DNA from: an uncultured Ignavibacteriales bacterium
GTDB lineage: Bacteria > Zixibacteria > MSB-5A5 > GN15 > FEB-12
NCBI GenBank assembly: GCA_964416195.1
Contig: CAYQDB010000008.1
Span: 76,015 to 140,014 of the forward strand
Length of the DNA stretch: 64,000 nt
Reading direction: 5' to 3'
The notes below the pieces were generated by a model. It saw only the letters and a list, made by a program, of their open reading frames with translations, ran no database searches and was not told the DNA's origin. The number at the start of each line of letters is the position of its first letter. The first letter of the stretch is position 1. Made by a program: the position numbers and the translations under genes. Shown piece after piece: positions 44,805-55,106 of this stretch.

Positions 44805-46640
44805 TCAGAAGGCATAGCACGGTTTGACCGGCGCCGGTCCACCCTGGAAGAGATAGTTCGCCAGGTATGTCAGGTCAGCAACAGTAACATCTCCATCACA
44901 GTCACAGTCGGCAAGTAGAACACTCGGGAACGGTTCCGGTCCGTTTCTATACAAATACTTGACAAGATAGGTTATGTCGGCCACGTCTATCGGCCCACCA
45001 ATACCGATAATATTATCTACATTGCCGTGAGAGATGGACAGAATCGCCCGGAAGGCATCCACCCGCCCGTAGCCGTACTCTACGTGCGGGGTGTCCGGCA
45101 GGGAACCCCAATCCAAGTTTTTGACGGCAGAGTTGCGCAAGACGTCGTAGATGACCTCGGAGGTCAGGGTGTCATCCCTGGCCAAGATAAGCGCTACGGT
45201 GCCGGATACAACCGGGCTCGCTGCCGAGGTTCTGCCGAAAACGCACCAATAGTCGACATCATTGTTTCCCGGCGGGCAAGAGGACACGAACTTCGGGTTT
45301 TGGCCCCAGCTACCCATCAGGTCTAAGCCCCAAACGGGCACGGTGTAGGCATCGTCGGTTGGCGCCACTATATCCAAATCTTCGCCATAGGAACTAAAGT
45401 CCCAGCGAATGTCATCTAGCCGAATTCCCCCAACTGAGAAGCAGTAAGGAAGTCTCGCCGGATATTTGACGACTCCTGGCGCCTCTAAACCGGTGTTTCC
45501 AGCCGAGAAAATAACAGGGCAGCCTTTGCCGTCACGGCCGGACTGCATTGCCAGCATTAAAGCTTCGTTCAAGTCAGGGATATCGGCGTGATAGGGGTAA
45601 GAATAATTCCAGCTATTTGCCAGGATGTCAGCACCTTGATTACGCGCGTAGTCGATTGCATCAATGATCTCAGCGTCCTCAGGAGAAGAACCACCATCGC
45701 GAAAGATTTTCACCGGCAGGATATTGACGTTTGGATTCATAGAGATGACACCGCTTGAAGGAAGCATGCCTTCTGAACTGTCAGTAGTGTGAGATGCTGC
45801 TATAATGCCGGCACAGGCCGTTCCATGGGGGTCCCACTTATATGGTTTTGGGTCAGCGTCATGGTCACCGAAGTCGTACCCCGGAAGAAGTCGACTCGCT
45901 GGTAAGTCTTCATGGGCCTCGACACCGGCATCAATAACTGCTACCGTCACCGTTTCGGTAAGGCCTGCAAAGTCCCAAACAGAGGCAGTGTTAAAGTCAC
46001 CAATGACTTTTTTCGTATGAGGCTGATACTCGTTGTAGTAGTCATAGAGGACATAAGAGTCTCTCTCAATTACTGCGCTGAAATTTGGGTGTGCATATCG
46101 TGTCTCAGGCAGGTTGTAATACATGTTGGCCAGCTCTACAACGCGAATGCCCGTGGAATCAGTGTTTTTGAGAACAAAAGCGTAGGGTCTGCCTATTCTC
46201 TGGCGGTCTATTACGACGTTGTAGATCGTATTGATGCTGTCGCTTTCTTCCTGAGTGACATCTTCATTGAACGCAACGCAGAATTTCTCCCCTACGAGCA
46301 TAGGATAGCCATTCTCACTCAGATAATACGGTTCCGCCAGGTAGACGCCAGTCAAACTTCCAAGCGAGTCCAGAAAGGCACCATAATTCGACCCCGTGGA
46401 AAGCGAGCATGCCAGGAAACCATCTATTAAATAATTGTCGGGGACAATCTCGACAACCCTGTCTATTCCCTGGAGCACGTCGTCAGGTGAAATGTCAGTG
46501 TCGAACTTGATGGTGACCTTAAGAGAATCGATTACGAGCGCCACCGGACCGTCCACGCCATACCAAAATTGGCCCGCAGCATTTGAAACCAGCAGCAAAA
46601 GCGCCGCCAGTAGGCTTGCATAAGTCCTTTTGAGAACCAT
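44805..46640 (-). CDS. Secreted subtilisin-like serine protease (S8) with two C-terminal dockerin-like repeats
   Basis: Signal peptide. 'VAVIDAGV', 'HGTACAGIIAA', 'GRTSAASPVVSG'. C-terminal 'IDVADITYLVKYLYRNGPEP' and 'CDCDGDVTVADLTYLANYLFQGGPAP'. Confidence 0.88.
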   Translation of the reverse strand: MVLKRTYASLLAALLLLVSNAAGQFWYGVDGPVALVIDSLKVTIKFDTDISPDDVLQGIDRVVEIVPDNYLIDGFLACSLSTGSNYGAFLDSLGSLTGVYLAEPYYLSENGYPMLVGEKFCVAFNEDVTQEESDSINTIYNVVIDRQRIGRPYAFVLKNTDSTGIRVVELANMYYNLPETRYAHPNFSAVIERDSYVLYDYYNEYQPHTKKVIGDFNTASVWDFAGLTETVTVAVIDAGVEAHEDLPASRLLPGYDFGDHDADPKPYKWDPHGTACAGIIAASHTTDSSEGMLPSSGVISMNPNVNILPVKIFRDGGSSPEDAEIIDAIDYARNQGADILANSWNYSYPYHADIPDLNEALMLAMQSGRDGKGCPVIFSAGNTGLEAPGVVKYPARLPYCFSVGGIRLDDIRWDFSSYGEDLDIVAPTDDAYTVPVWGLDLMGSWGQNPKFVSSCPPGNNDVDYWCVFGRTSAASPVVSGTVALILARDDTLTSEVIYDVLRNSAVKNLDWGSLPDTPHVEYGYGRVDAFRAILSISHGNVDNIIGIGGPIDVADITYLVKYLYRNGPEPFPSVLLADCDCDGDVTVADLTYLANYLFQGGPAPVKPCYAF

Positions 46641-46741
46641 CTTTTTTACCCTCTTCTTTTGATGTTACGTTTCATTTACATTGTTGAAATGTGGCTTGGT
46701 TTTTCATTACGTCATACCTTCTCTCCTTTCTTCACAATTGC

Positions 46742-47803
46742 TTACAACCTGCTTTGACACGTCAAACCTCGGAAATTCCTGTTTCCCCCGAACTTTATGT
46801 GCTTGACAAACTGCATAGTTCGAACGTCTAATGTAAGGAGGAAAGGATATCCACTGAACGCTCCTGAAGCGACCGCCACAAGCCATCGACCGTCAGGCGT
46901 AATGCAAACATCAGAAACTGGAATCCCATAGTCGTTCGGCGGATCGAGGATGCCGGCGGTGGTTATCATCGTGTGGATGCGGCGTCTTTCCACATCGTGC
47001 ACGCCAATCCAAGGGGAGCCTGCGGCGGTGTTTTCCCGGCCGGGGTTGGTATAGAAAACATACTTGCCGTCCGGTGTGAGTTCAAGCTCTCCATAGCCGG
47101 GGGAGAGCCAGGCCGTGTAAACGATCGAATCGCCGAATACGTCATAGATATCAAAACGGAAAAGCCCAGAGGAAACCTGCAAGTAGAGGAACCACTTGCT
47201 TTCGTCCCAGGAAGGCACAACCTGTCTGACACCACCATTTGCAAATGATTTCGCATTTACAGTGACGAGAGTATCGGATAGTTCGATCCTGTAAACCTGC
47301 CCCTCTGAAGTCGCGCCATAGAACCTGTGGCTGTCGCTTGAAAACGTACCTCTCCAAACAATGACAGTGTCGTGGAAAACTTCTGAGTAGTCTGAGGTTT
47401 TCAAAATACGCACACCTTCGCCTCGCACAGCCAATAACTGATTATCGGGGGAGACTGCGATGGGCAGTTCGTACGGCAGTTCGTCGATCACGGTCAGGGA
47501 ATTCAGATCGACAATGCCTATTCTCATCATGTCGCCGTCGCCCACGTACATCTTTTTGCCGTCCGCCGAGACTACAGGATCGCTTGTGTAAGGCAACCAA
47601 AAGGAATCGAGCTTATTGGATGTAGGGTGATAGGCGAAAAACCAGTTTCCGTCATGCTGATGGTGATCAATGAAATAGACCACATAGTCCTTTGGCTCCT
47701 CGGGTTCCACCGGCCCGTCACCATCACAGGCGGCGAAGTAGAGGCACAATCCAATACATAGCAAGATCATGGGGACAAGAACTACAATTCTTCTGCTTGA
47801 CAT
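46742..47803 (-). CDS. Beta-propeller lipoprotein (YncE/lactonase-like repeats), function unknown
   Basis: Lipobox 'LYFAAC'. Repeated 'SPDG/TPDGK..' blade motifs. The ATG at 47803 has a GAGGA RBS 7 nt upstream and is preferred over 47830. Confidence 0.7.
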   Translation of the reverse strand: MSSRRIVVLVPMILLCIGLCLYFAACDGDGPVEPEEPKDYVVYFIDHHQHDGNWFFAYHPTSNKLDSFWLPYTSDPVVSADGKKMYVGDGDMMRIGIVDLNSLTVIDELPYELPIAVSPDNQLLAVRGEGVRILKTSDYSEVFHDTVIVWRGTFSSDSHRFYGATSEGQVYRIELSDTLVTVNAKSFANGGVRQVVPSWDESKWFLYLQVSSGLFRFDIYDVFGDSIVYTAWLSPGYGELELTPDGKYVFYTNPGRENTAAGSPWIGVHDVERRRIHTMITTAGILDPPNDYGIPVSDVCITPDGRWLVAVASGAFSGYPFLLTLDVRTMQFVKHIKFGGNRNFRGLTCQSRL

Positions 47804-47912
47804 ATGGTTATCCTCAAGTTTTGTGTGCATAGCCTTAGCTACAATAGACGAAATAGTACCCGCTTTGTAAAACGGTTTTCAGCCGAATCGCCTGACGGCA
47901 CCGGGTTTGAAT

Positions 47913-47949
47913 GGGGCAGATGTGGACTCGCCTTTGGCGAACCGCCCAC
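47913..47949 (+). repeat. 37-nt conserved intergenic element (second copy)
   Basis: 'GGGGCAGATGTGGACTCGCCTTTGGCGAACCGCCCAC' matches 7352-7388 at 36 of 37 positions, in the same orientation. Internal hairpin CTCGCC-ttt-GGCGA(G/A). Confidence 0.85.
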
Positions 47950-48195
47950 GAAGAAGTGACCGGAAACGTCACCTTAAGCCGTCCAGGTCCGACCACGGAG
48001 GGCGAAGTCGAAGGGCTGCGGTCATTGTTTGACTCCCCCCGATAGGGCCGCACCTGGTCGGCTCACCATGACATCCATGTATTGGTTAACCCATTCCCCT
48101 TAAATATGTTGGGCGTAATACCGATAAGCAGGTAAGGTATACAAAACAGCATTTCGTCACTTGAGAAAGGATTTTGCTTTTTTTGGTCATTTGTG

Positions 48196-48223
48196 TTGAC
48201 ATTGAAGGAGATTTGCATATAAT
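48196..48223 (+). promoter_or_regulatory. Sigma-70-type promoter for rplM-rpsI
   Basis: Perfect TTGACA (48196-48201), a 16-nt spacer and perfect TATAAT (48218-48223), 43 nt upstream of the rplM ATG. Confidence 0.6.
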
Positions 48224-48265
48224 TATGGGCTGTTTTGATCAGATTTAGGTGATTGTTGGGAAAAA

Positions 48266-48703
48266 ATGATGAAGACTTTTATACCGAAGATTGACCCGGC
48301 TGATCGTAAATGGTATGTGGTTGATCTTGATGGTGTTGTTCTTGGCCGTGCCGCCGTTACGGTGGCCAATAAGTTGAGGGGCAAAGACAAGCCGATCTTT
48401 ACGCCCCATCTGGACACTGGTGATCATATTGTTGCGATCAACGCCAGGAAAGTGCGGGTAACCGGCAAGAGTAAGCCGAAGCAGATGAAGTATTACCGGT
48501 ATTCAGGTTACCCCAGTGGTTTGAGGGAGACCAGCCTCGCTGAGATGATGCAGAAGAAACCGGAGGAGGTTTTCAGGCTGGCGGTGAAGCGGATGCTTCC
48601 CAAAAACAGGCTTGGTCGCAAGATGATCAAGAAGCTCCATGTGTATGCAGACGGGGGTCATCCGCATCGAGCTCAAAAACCGGAAATGTTGGAACTCAGA
48701 TAA
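48266..48703 (+). CDS. rplM: 50S ribosomal protein L13
   Basis: 'KWYVVDLDGVVLGRAA..VANKLRGKDKPIFTPHLDTGDHIV'. Confidence 0.97.
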   Translation: MMKTFIPKIDPADRKWYVVDLDGVVLGRAAVTVANKLRGKDKPIFTPHLDTGDHIVAINARKVRVTGKSKPKQMKYYRYSGYPSGLRETSLAEMMQKKPEEVFRLAVKRMLPKNRLGRKMIKKLHVYADGGHPHRAQKPEMLELR

Positions 48704-48718
48704 TAGATTTCGAGGTTT

Positions 48719-49111
48719 ATGGAGAAGGAAGTTTTTGCCGCCACCGGTCGTCGGAAGGAAGCTGTTGCGCGGGCAGTGCTAACTCCGGGCGAGGGGAAGT
48801 TTACGATCAACGGTCGTAGTATCGCTGACTATCTCCAGCGTGAATCCCTTGTGGAGAATGCCCAGAGGCCACTGGTCATCACCGAAACGCTGGGTACAGT
48901 TAATGTGCAGTGCAAGGCACAGGGCGGTGGCTCGTCCGGACAATCGGGAGCGGTGCGTCTGGCGGTGAGCCGGGCCCTGGTCCTGATGAATCCTGATTTC
49001 AGGCGACCGTTGCGCAGCGGCGGATTGCTGACCCGCGACGCTCGCGAAGTCGAACGCAAGAAGTACGGTCGGCCCAAAGCGCGCAAGCGTTTCCAGTACT
49101 CGAAGCGCTAA
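48719..49111 (+). CDS. rpsI: 30S ribosomal protein S9
   Basis: 'ATGRRKEAVARA', 'GGGSSGQSGAVRLAVSRAL', 'LTRDAREVERKKYGRPKARKRFQYSKR'. Confidence 0.97.
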   Translation: MEKEVFAATGRRKEAVARAVLTPGEGKFTINGRSIADYLQRESLVENAQRPLVITETLGTVNVQCKAQGGGSSGQSGAVRLAVSRALVLMNPDFRRPLRSGGLLTRDAREVERKKYGRPKARKRFQYSKR

Positions 49112-49243
49112 TTGTAATGATGTATCCCTCCCGTTGGAGGGAAATAAGCAGTCTCGGTTGACTTGATCGGCGGTCTCGCTTCACGCGAGTCCGGTCAAGG
49201 TTGATGCCGGGGTAACGAACAACCTTTCGCTGCAAGGAGACCT

Positions 49244-50026
49244 ATGGTTTCTCCCCAAATCAAAGAATTACTGGAGGCGGGAGTGCATTTCGGCCATCAG
49301 ACCCGTCGCTGGAATCCCAAGATGAAGCCGTTCATTTTTGCTGCCCGGAACGGCATTTATATTATCGATCTGCAGAAGACACTCAATGCTCTGGAAAAGG
49401 CCAAGCTGAAAGTCTGTGAGGTGGTGTCGCGGGGTAAGTCGATTCTGTTTGTCGGTACCAAGAAGCAAGCCAAAGAGGTAATAGCTACAGAAGCTGCTCG
49501 CTGTGATGGTTTCTACGTTACCGAGCGCTGGCTGGGCGGCATGCTTACAAATTTCAATACTATCAAGAACTCTATCAAAAAGCTCAAAGATATTGAGCGC
49601 ATGGGGCAGGATGGCACGCTGGAGAAGTTCACGAAAAAGGAACGTTCTAAAATCGAACACGAAGCCGATAAGCTCAATAAGGTCCTTGGTGGCATCAAGG
49701 ACATGAATTTCCTGCCTGGCTTGGTGATTGTGGTGGATGCAAAAAAGGAAAATATCGCCGTGGCCGAAGCATCCAAGCTCGGTATCCCGATCATTGCCAT
49801 AATTGATACCAACGCCGACCCGGACCCCATTGATTTTCCCATCGCGGGGAATGACGACGCCATCAAGTCCATTCGGATACTTGTCCGGGCTTTAGTGGAA
49901 GCTGCCATGGAAGCGAAAAGAAACCTTACCGAAGAGATAATTGAAACCTCCACCGAGGAGCCGCAGAAATCCCAGGCCACTTATGTATCTAAAGAACCGG
50001 ACCAAAAGGGAAAAATAAGAAAGTAA
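49244..50026 (+). CDS. rpsB: 30S ribosomal protein S2
   Basis: '[19 protein letters not shown]', 'FVGTKKQA', '[10 protein letters not shown]'. Confidence 0.97.
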   Translation: MVSPQIKELLEAGVHFGHQTRRWNPKMKPFIFAARNGIYIIDLQKTLNALEKAKLKVCEVVSRGKSILFVGTKKQAKEVIATEAARCDGFYVTERWLGGMLTNFNTIKNSIKKLKDIERMGQDGTLEKFTKKERSKIEHEADKLNKVLGGIKDMNFLPGLVIVVDAKKENIAVAEASKLGIPIIAIIDTNADPDPIDFPIAGNDDAIKSIRILVRALVEAAMEAKRNLTEEIIETSTEEPQKSQATYVSKEPDQKGKIRK

Positions 50027-50031
50027 CAGCG

Positions 50032-50625
50032 ATGAATATAACAGCACAAATGGTTAAAGAGCTCCGGGAAAAAACGGGGGCGGGGATGATGGATTGCAAG
50101 AAGGCTCTTGTAGAGGCTGACGGCGATACTGATAAGGCAACGTCTGTCCTTCGCGAAAAGGGAATAGCTAAAGCTGTTTCCAAACAAGGGCGGACAACCG
50201 CTGAAGGTGTTATTGCTACCTACGTGCACACAGGTGACAAGTTGGGGGTTATGGTTGAGGTAAATTGCGAAACAGATTTTGTCGCCCGTACCGATAAGTT
50301 CAAGACCTTTGTCCGCGACATCGCGATGCATATAGCGGCCAGCTCTCCACTATGCCTGCGTCGAGAAGATATTGACCCATCGTTGGTTGACAACGAACGG
50401 AAAATCTATCGCCAGCAGGCGCTCAATGAGGGGAAGCCGGAGAAGATCGTTGATAAAATCGTCGAGGGGCGCCTGGAGAAGTATTATTCCGATATCGTCT
50501 TGCTGGAGCAGCTGTACGTAAAAGACAACGACAAGACGGTCGCCGATTTTGTGAATGATATGATACCCGCACTTGGCGAGAATATCAATATCAGGCGGTT
50601 TGCCCGGTTCCGCCTTGGGGAATAG
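50032..50625 (+). CDS. tsf: Translation elongation factor Ts
   Basis: '[20 protein letters not shown]' UBA-like N-terminus and '[13 protein letters not shown]'. Confidence 0.96.
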   Translation: MNITAQMVKELREKTGAGMMDCKKALVEADGDTDKATSVLREKGIAKAVSKQGRTTAEGVIATYVHTGDKLGVMVEVNCETDFVARTDKFKTFVRDIAMHIAASSPLCLRREDIDPSLVDNERKIYRQQALNEGKPEKIVDKIVEGRLEKYYSDIVLLEQLYVKDNDKTVADFVNDMIPALGENINIRRFARFRLGE

Positions 50626-50626
50626 C

Positions 50627-51352
50627 ATGAAACCTGGCGGTGAGACGCCCGTTTTCAAAAGAGTCCTGATTAAGATATCAGGTGAGGCTCTTATGGGAGG
50701 CTGCGAATTCGGTATTGATGCGTCCGCAGTGGAGTCAATATGCCATCAGATTCGCGAAATCGCACAACTTGGGATAGAGACGGGTGTTGTGGTTGGTGCG
50801 GGGAATATCTTCCGTGGCCTTCACGCCGCCGAAAGAGGCATGGACCGAGTTACAGCCGACAATATGGGGATGCTGGCCACTGTCCTTAACTCGCTGGCTA
50901 TGATGGATACTTTGGAAAAGATGGGGGTTCACACCCGGGTGATGTCGGCCATTGAACTCAAAGCTTTTGCAGAACCCTATATCCGTCGCCGGGCGATCCG
51001 GCATATGCAGAAAGGGCGGGTTGTCATCTTTGCTGCAGGAACCGGCAATCCATATTTTACTACTGATACGGCTGCTTCTCTGCGGGCGGTTGAGATCGGA
51101 GCCGAGGTGCTCATCAAAGCAACCAATGTTGACGGTGTCTATTCGGCAGATCCCAAGAAGCATGACGATGCGGTCTTCTACCCTAAACTGGACTATATGG
51201 AGGTTCTGACCAAGGAGCTGGAAGTTATGGACTCCACCGCCATCTCCCTTTTGAAAGACACCAAGATTCCAGTGCGGGTGGTGGGCCTGAGCACACCTGG
51301 GAACCTGAAACGGGTGATTCTGGGGGAGAATATCGGTTCGTTGATATCCTGA
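50627..51352 (+). CDS. pyrH: UMP kinase
   Basis: '[12 protein letters not shown]', '[10 protein letters not shown]', '[12 protein letters not shown]'. The ATG at 50627 directly follows the tsf stop. The ORF-track start at 50573 overlaps tsf. Confidence 0.95.
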   Translation: MKPGGETPVFKRVLIKISGEALMGGCEFGIDASAVESICHQIREIAQLGIETGVVVGAGNIFRGLHAAERGMDRVTADNMGMLATVLNSLAMMDTLEKMGVHTRVMSAIELKAFAEPYIRRRAIRHMQKGRVVIFAAGTGNPYFTTDTAASLRAVEIGAEVLIKATNVDGVYSADPKKHDDAVFYPKLDYMEVLTKELEVMDSTAISLLKDTKIPVRVVGLSTPGNLKRVILGENIGSLIS

Positions 51353-51392
51353 AGCAGTTGAGCGGATTTGTCGAAGGTCAGGAGGATCGGGT

Positions 51393-51950
51393 ATGTTGGA
51401 AGAATTATACAAGGAAACCGGTGATAGGATGCATAAAACCGTTGAAGCTGTGGGGCGAGAATTCGCGACAGTGCGTACCGGCAAGGCCTCGGTGCATCTG
51501 CTGGACACGGTGAAAGTTGAAGCGTATGGCGCCAAGATGCCGTTGAACCAGGTGGCGACAGTATCGGCGCCTGAGCCGCGTTTGCTGGTGGTCCATGCCT
51601 TTGATAAGAGCACCGTCGGTGACATCGTCAAAGGTATTCAGGTGGCCGACCTCGGGTTGAACCCTCAAGCTGACGGGCAGATTATTCGTATTCCCGTTCC
51701 GGCCCTCAACGAAGAACGCCGCAAAGAACTGGCGCGGCACTGTAAGAATATCGCTGAGGAGGGACGGGTGGCTGTCCGCAATGTCCGCCGTGATGCCAAC
51801 GAGCGCATCAAGAAAGCCCAAAAGGACAAGACAATCTCAGAGGATCAGCAAGCTGACGCTCTCGAAAGGATTCAGAAACTCACCGATGAACACATCAAGG
51901 AGGTTGACAGGCTGCTGGGTAAGAAGGAAAAAGAGGTGATGGAGGTTTAG
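51393..51950 (+). CDS. frr: Ribosome recycling factor
   Basis: 'FATVRTGKASVHLLD', 'IRIPVPALNEERRKEL', 'VRNVRRDAN'. Confidence 0.96.
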   Translation: MLEELYKETGDRMHKTVEAVGREFATVRTGKASVHLLDTVKVEAYGAKMPLNQVATVSAPEPRLLVVHAFDKSTVGDIVKGIQVADLGLNPQADGQIIRIPVPALNEERRKELARHCKNIAEEGRVAVRNVRRDANERIKKAQKDKTISEDQQADALERIQKLTDEHIKEVDRLLGKKEKEVMEV

Positions 51951-51976
51951 CATCTGTTTTCGCAGCCAAGACGTCC

Positions 51977-52005
51977 AGCCCGGGTCAACCAGCCCGGGCT
52001 TTTTC
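51977..52005 (+). terminator. Rho-independent terminator after frr
   Basis: AGCCCGGG / CCCGGGCT 8-bp stem followed by a T5 run. Confidence 0.75.
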
Positions 52006-52110
52006 TTGTTTAGGATAAGTTATGACAGGGACGATCCATACTTGGATGGCTCGACGTGATTGGCAAGGGTACTGATGAGCGTAGCGACAAACGCGCTGGT
52101 ACGTTCACTA

Positions 52111-52566
52111 TCACCCAGGATAATTGCCTTCCATGTACAGCTTCAGGTAACGGTTTTCGATCTGCATGTGCTTTATCTCCGCCTTGACAACATCTCCGAC
52201 AGAGATCAGGCCGATCAGCTTGTCCTTTTCCACGATAGGGACGTGCCTAATCTTGTTGTTGGTCATCACGCCACCTATGTAGTCGATGTCGTCGTCGGCT
52301 ACGCCGACAATCAGATCGGTTGCCATCAGGTCGCTCGCCCTGATTGAGCGGAAATTATCCTGGTTTTCATAAATGATGTGGAATATGTCCTTGTCACTGA
52401 TAATCCCTATCAGTCGGCCGGAGTCCCCCAGCACGGGAAGACAACTGATCTTGTTCTTTATCAGCAGCTCCATCGCCGTCAGAATGTCGGTCGAAGCTTT
52501 GATCGTGATGATCTCACGCTGTTTGGTCTTTAGTATGTCCTTGACCTTCATTGTAGTATCTCCCAT
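52111..52566 (-). CDS. CBS-domain pair protein
   Basis: Two CBS motifs ('ISCLPVLGDSGRLIGIISDKDI' and 'IRHVPIVEKDKLIGLISVGDV'). Confidence 0.85.
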   Translation of the reverse strand: MGDTTMKVKDILKTKQREIITIKASTDILTAMELLIKNKISCLPVLGDSGRLIGIISDKDIFHIIYENQDNFRSIRASDLMATDLIVGVADDDIDYIGGVMTNNKIRHVPIVEKDKLIGLISVGDVVKAEIKHMQIENRYLKLYMEGNYPG

Positions 52567-52697
52567 ATATAGTTATTTTTACATTTTCCCGGTCGCCGAC
52601 GGGTGGAAACAGCCCCCCCTCTGTTCGCCTTCAATGGCGGTGCAACACCGTCTGTCCAGTTGGCAACTAAGTTAAGATTACGTATATTAGAGCTTGT

Positions 52698-53372
52698 ATG
52701 TCAATAGAAAAGTGTCGAATCGCAATCTGGATCATACTGGTTGTGCTTGTTTCAGGTCTGTCGTTGATATCCCCATCTGACAGTCGAGAAGCCAACCCGG
52801 TACTTCAGTTTTACTGCCGTGAGGCTCGAGCGGCATGTGCTGAGCACAGCGCCGTTGAACAAGGGCTTACCTATTCTTTTACGGCTACCAGTTATCGTAA
52901 TAAGATCGGTGGGAGGGGTGCGATCAGCCATGTTGATTCGGCTGTTGCTGATTTTTATTTCAGTGGAGCGACACTTGATTCTCAGAGGACGGCTGAGTCG
53001 ACCTCAAACAAGCTCGTTGCCCTTGATTTTTCGTATATCAATGTGTTTGACCTTAATTATCGGTTCAACTTCTACCCTAATGATACGGGGGGAAGGCTCC
53101 TGGCAATCGGGTTCGATACCGACTCGACCAATGATACTCGCCCCGTGGGGTTGGCAATCATCAACCGGTATGACTATTCCCTGGACCGTCTGTACCTCTT
53201 TTATCCCCACAAAGCGGGTTACAAGCGGTTTTCGAGGATACTGCACTTTGTGCAGCACGAGGGATATATCTTCCCTGATTCAATACTGGAGGTAACGGCA
53301 AAGGCGGGAATCTTCTCCACTGAGTATAACAGTCTTGAGACGATAATTAGCGATATCAAGATATATCGTTAA
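52698..53372 (+). CDS. Hypothetical secreted/membrane-anchored protein
   Basis: N-terminal hydrophobic segment 'IAIWIILVVLVSGLSLIS'. No recognisable catalytic motif. Confidence 0.55.
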   Translation: MSIEKCRIAIWIILVVLVSGLSLISPSDSREANPVLQFYCREARAACAEHSAVEQGLTYSFTATSYRNKIGGRGAISHVDSAVADFYFSGATLDSQRTAESTSNKLVALDFSYINVFDLNYRFNFYPNDTGGRLLAIGFDTDSTNDTRPVGLAIINRYDYSLDRLYLFYPHKAGYKRFSRILHFVQHEGYIFPDSILEVTAKAGIFSTEYNSLETIISDIKIYR

Positions 53373-53484
53373 TGTCTACAATATTGAACCTACTATGTAA
53401 GCTGGTATTGGGTGCAGAGACCCCATAAAGGGACTGTATGATTGAGCTTGCCATGTTCTTATGGTGGTCTTAATTTGAGGCGTT

Positions 53485-54249
53485 ATGTCAACTGATGTCG
53501 ACAACCTGAAACAGATCGTCCTTTCGCAAGCGGAACTCGTACCAAAGCATGTCGCTATCATCATGGATGGCAACGGCCGCTGGGCAGCGTTGCGCAAGAA
53601 GCCCCGGACGTATGGTCACGAGGCAGGTGTGAAGGCTGTCAAGAGGGTGGTCACGGCGGCCTCCGAGATCGGCATCAAGTACCTTAGCCTGTACACCTTT
53701 TCGTCCGAGAATTGGAGGCGCCCCAAGTCCGAGGTGGCGGCTCTGATGGCTTTGTTGTCGCGAACCACGCTGACGGAATTGAACGATCTGATTAAGAATG
53801 ATGTCAAGCTTATCACTATTGGGCGGATCAATGGCCTCCCGACCGATCGCCAGGAAGTCTTGAAGGAAGCGGTGGCGAGAACCCGCAACAATAAAGGCCT
53901 CGTTTTGGTGCTTGCTCTAAATTATGGTGGGCGGACTGAAATCCTGGATGCCGTCAAGGGTATTATCAATACCGTCAGGGCCGGGATGCTGGACATACAG
54001 GATATCGATGAGGAGCTGTTCTCCAATTTCCTCTATACGGCTGATGTTCCTGACCCCGATCTGCTTATCAGGACCTCCGGAGAGATGCGTATCTCAAATT
54101 TCCTGCTGTGGCAGACCAGTTACACGGAGCTGCACGTTATAGATACCCTCTGGCCTGATGTGGGTGCAAAGGAGCTGTTTGAAGCGGTTCTTGATTATCA
54201 GAAAAGGGAGAGACGTTTCGGAAAGGTGGGTACCAGAGGCCGACAATGA
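53485..54249 (+). CDS. uppS: Isoprenyl transferase (undecaprenyl diphosphate synthase, cis-prenyltransferase)
   Basis: 'HVAIIMDGNGRWA', 'FSSENWRRP', 'RTSGEMRISNFLLWQ'. Confidence 0.95.
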   Translation: MSTDVDNLKQIVLSQAELVPKHVAIIMDGNGRWAALRKKPRTYGHEAGVKAVKRVVTAASEIGIKYLSLYTFSSENWRRPKSEVAALMALLSRTTLTELNDLIKNDVKLITIGRINGLPTDRQEVLKEAVARTRNNKGLVLVLALNYGGRTEILDAVKGIINTVRAGMLDIQDIDEELFSNFLYTADVPDPDLLIRTSGEMRISNFLLWQTSYTELHVIDTLWPDVGAKELFEAVLDYQKRERRFGKVGTRGRQ

Positions 54250-55106
54250 GTAGGAATCTGAATGCTCGCATATTGGTTGCGGCGGTGGCAGTTCCTTCGA
54301 TCTTGTGGGTCTCGTATCAGGGTGGGGGATGGCTGTTGGGAATGCTTTCCCTTCTGGCCCTGCTGGGAATCTCTGAGTTCCTCATCAATGAAGGCTTCAC
54401 TCCCAAGGGATGTATTTTCTGGCTGGGGTTTGGGGCTACGGTCCTATTGTTGTTGGTCCTGACCGAAGGGGACTTTGTCAGATCGATTTGCCGCCTTCCC
54501 TTCGCGGAAGGAGATAATGCCGTGCTCGGGCTGGCCGCTGTCGTGCTGTTATACACTGTGACAGCCATGATATTCGCTGTCGGCAAGCGCCCGCCATTAG
54601 AATTGTTTCGCAGTCACAGCCGACTATTCTGGGGGGTGCTTTACATCGGCTTGTTATATCCTATTGTTTTCAAAGTCGGAGGTGGATTTGGCAATATCAG
54701 CGGCGGTGATTGCCTGTTGTTTTTGTTCGGCACGTTGTGGATTGGCGATACGACCGCAATGGGAATCGGATCATGGCTGGGGAGACACCAGTTGGCGCCG
54801 ACGGTATCGCCTCGAAAAACGGTCGAGGGTTTCTTTGGAGGCATTGTCGGCGCTGTTGCCGTGGGGGTACTGCTGTACTTCTGGAAGTTCCGGACTCTCA
54901 GTTTCGTTGAAGTGTTGATCCTTGCTGTCGGCTGCTCTGTCTTCGGTCAGTTGGGCGACCTGGTGGAGTCGATGTGGAAGCGCTCACGAGGTATAAAAGA
55001 TTCTTCGCGAATAATACCAGGGCACGGTGGAGTGCTGGATCGTTTCGATTCCCTGCTTTTCGCAGCACCCTTCATGTACGCCTTCTTTCAGTTTGTACGG
55101 CCATGA
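54246..55106 (+). CDS. cdsA: Phosphatidate cytidylyltransferase (CDP-diglyceride synthase)
   Basis: C-terminal signature 'SMWKRSRGIKDSSRIIPGHGGVLDRFDSLLF'. Multi-TM. ATGA overlap with uppS. Confidence 0.9.
   Translation: MSRNLNARILVAAVAVPSILWVSYQGGGWLLGMLSLLALLGISEFLINEGFTPKGCIFWLGFGATVLLLLVLTEGDFVRSICRLPFAEGDNAVLGLAAVVLLYTVTAMIFAVGKRPPLELFRSHSRLFWGVLYIGLLYPIVFKVGGGFGNISGGDCLLFLFGTLWIGDTTAMGIGSWLGRHQLAPTVSPRKTVEGFFGGIVGAVAVGVLLYFWKFRTLSFVEVLILAVGCSVFGQLGDLVESMWKRSRGIKDSSRIIPGHGGVLDRFDSLLFAAPFMYAFFQFVRP

Noticed and set aside
49112-49243. Hairpin TCCCTCC-cgtt-GGAGGGA and a long leader before rpsB, as a possible S2 autoregulatory leader
   Set aside because: This is only a single short hairpin without a T-run. 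I cannot match it to a known rpsB leader from sequence alone.
50735-51631. 298-aa minus-strand ORF
   Set aside because: It is antisense to pyrH and frr, both of which are unambiguous.
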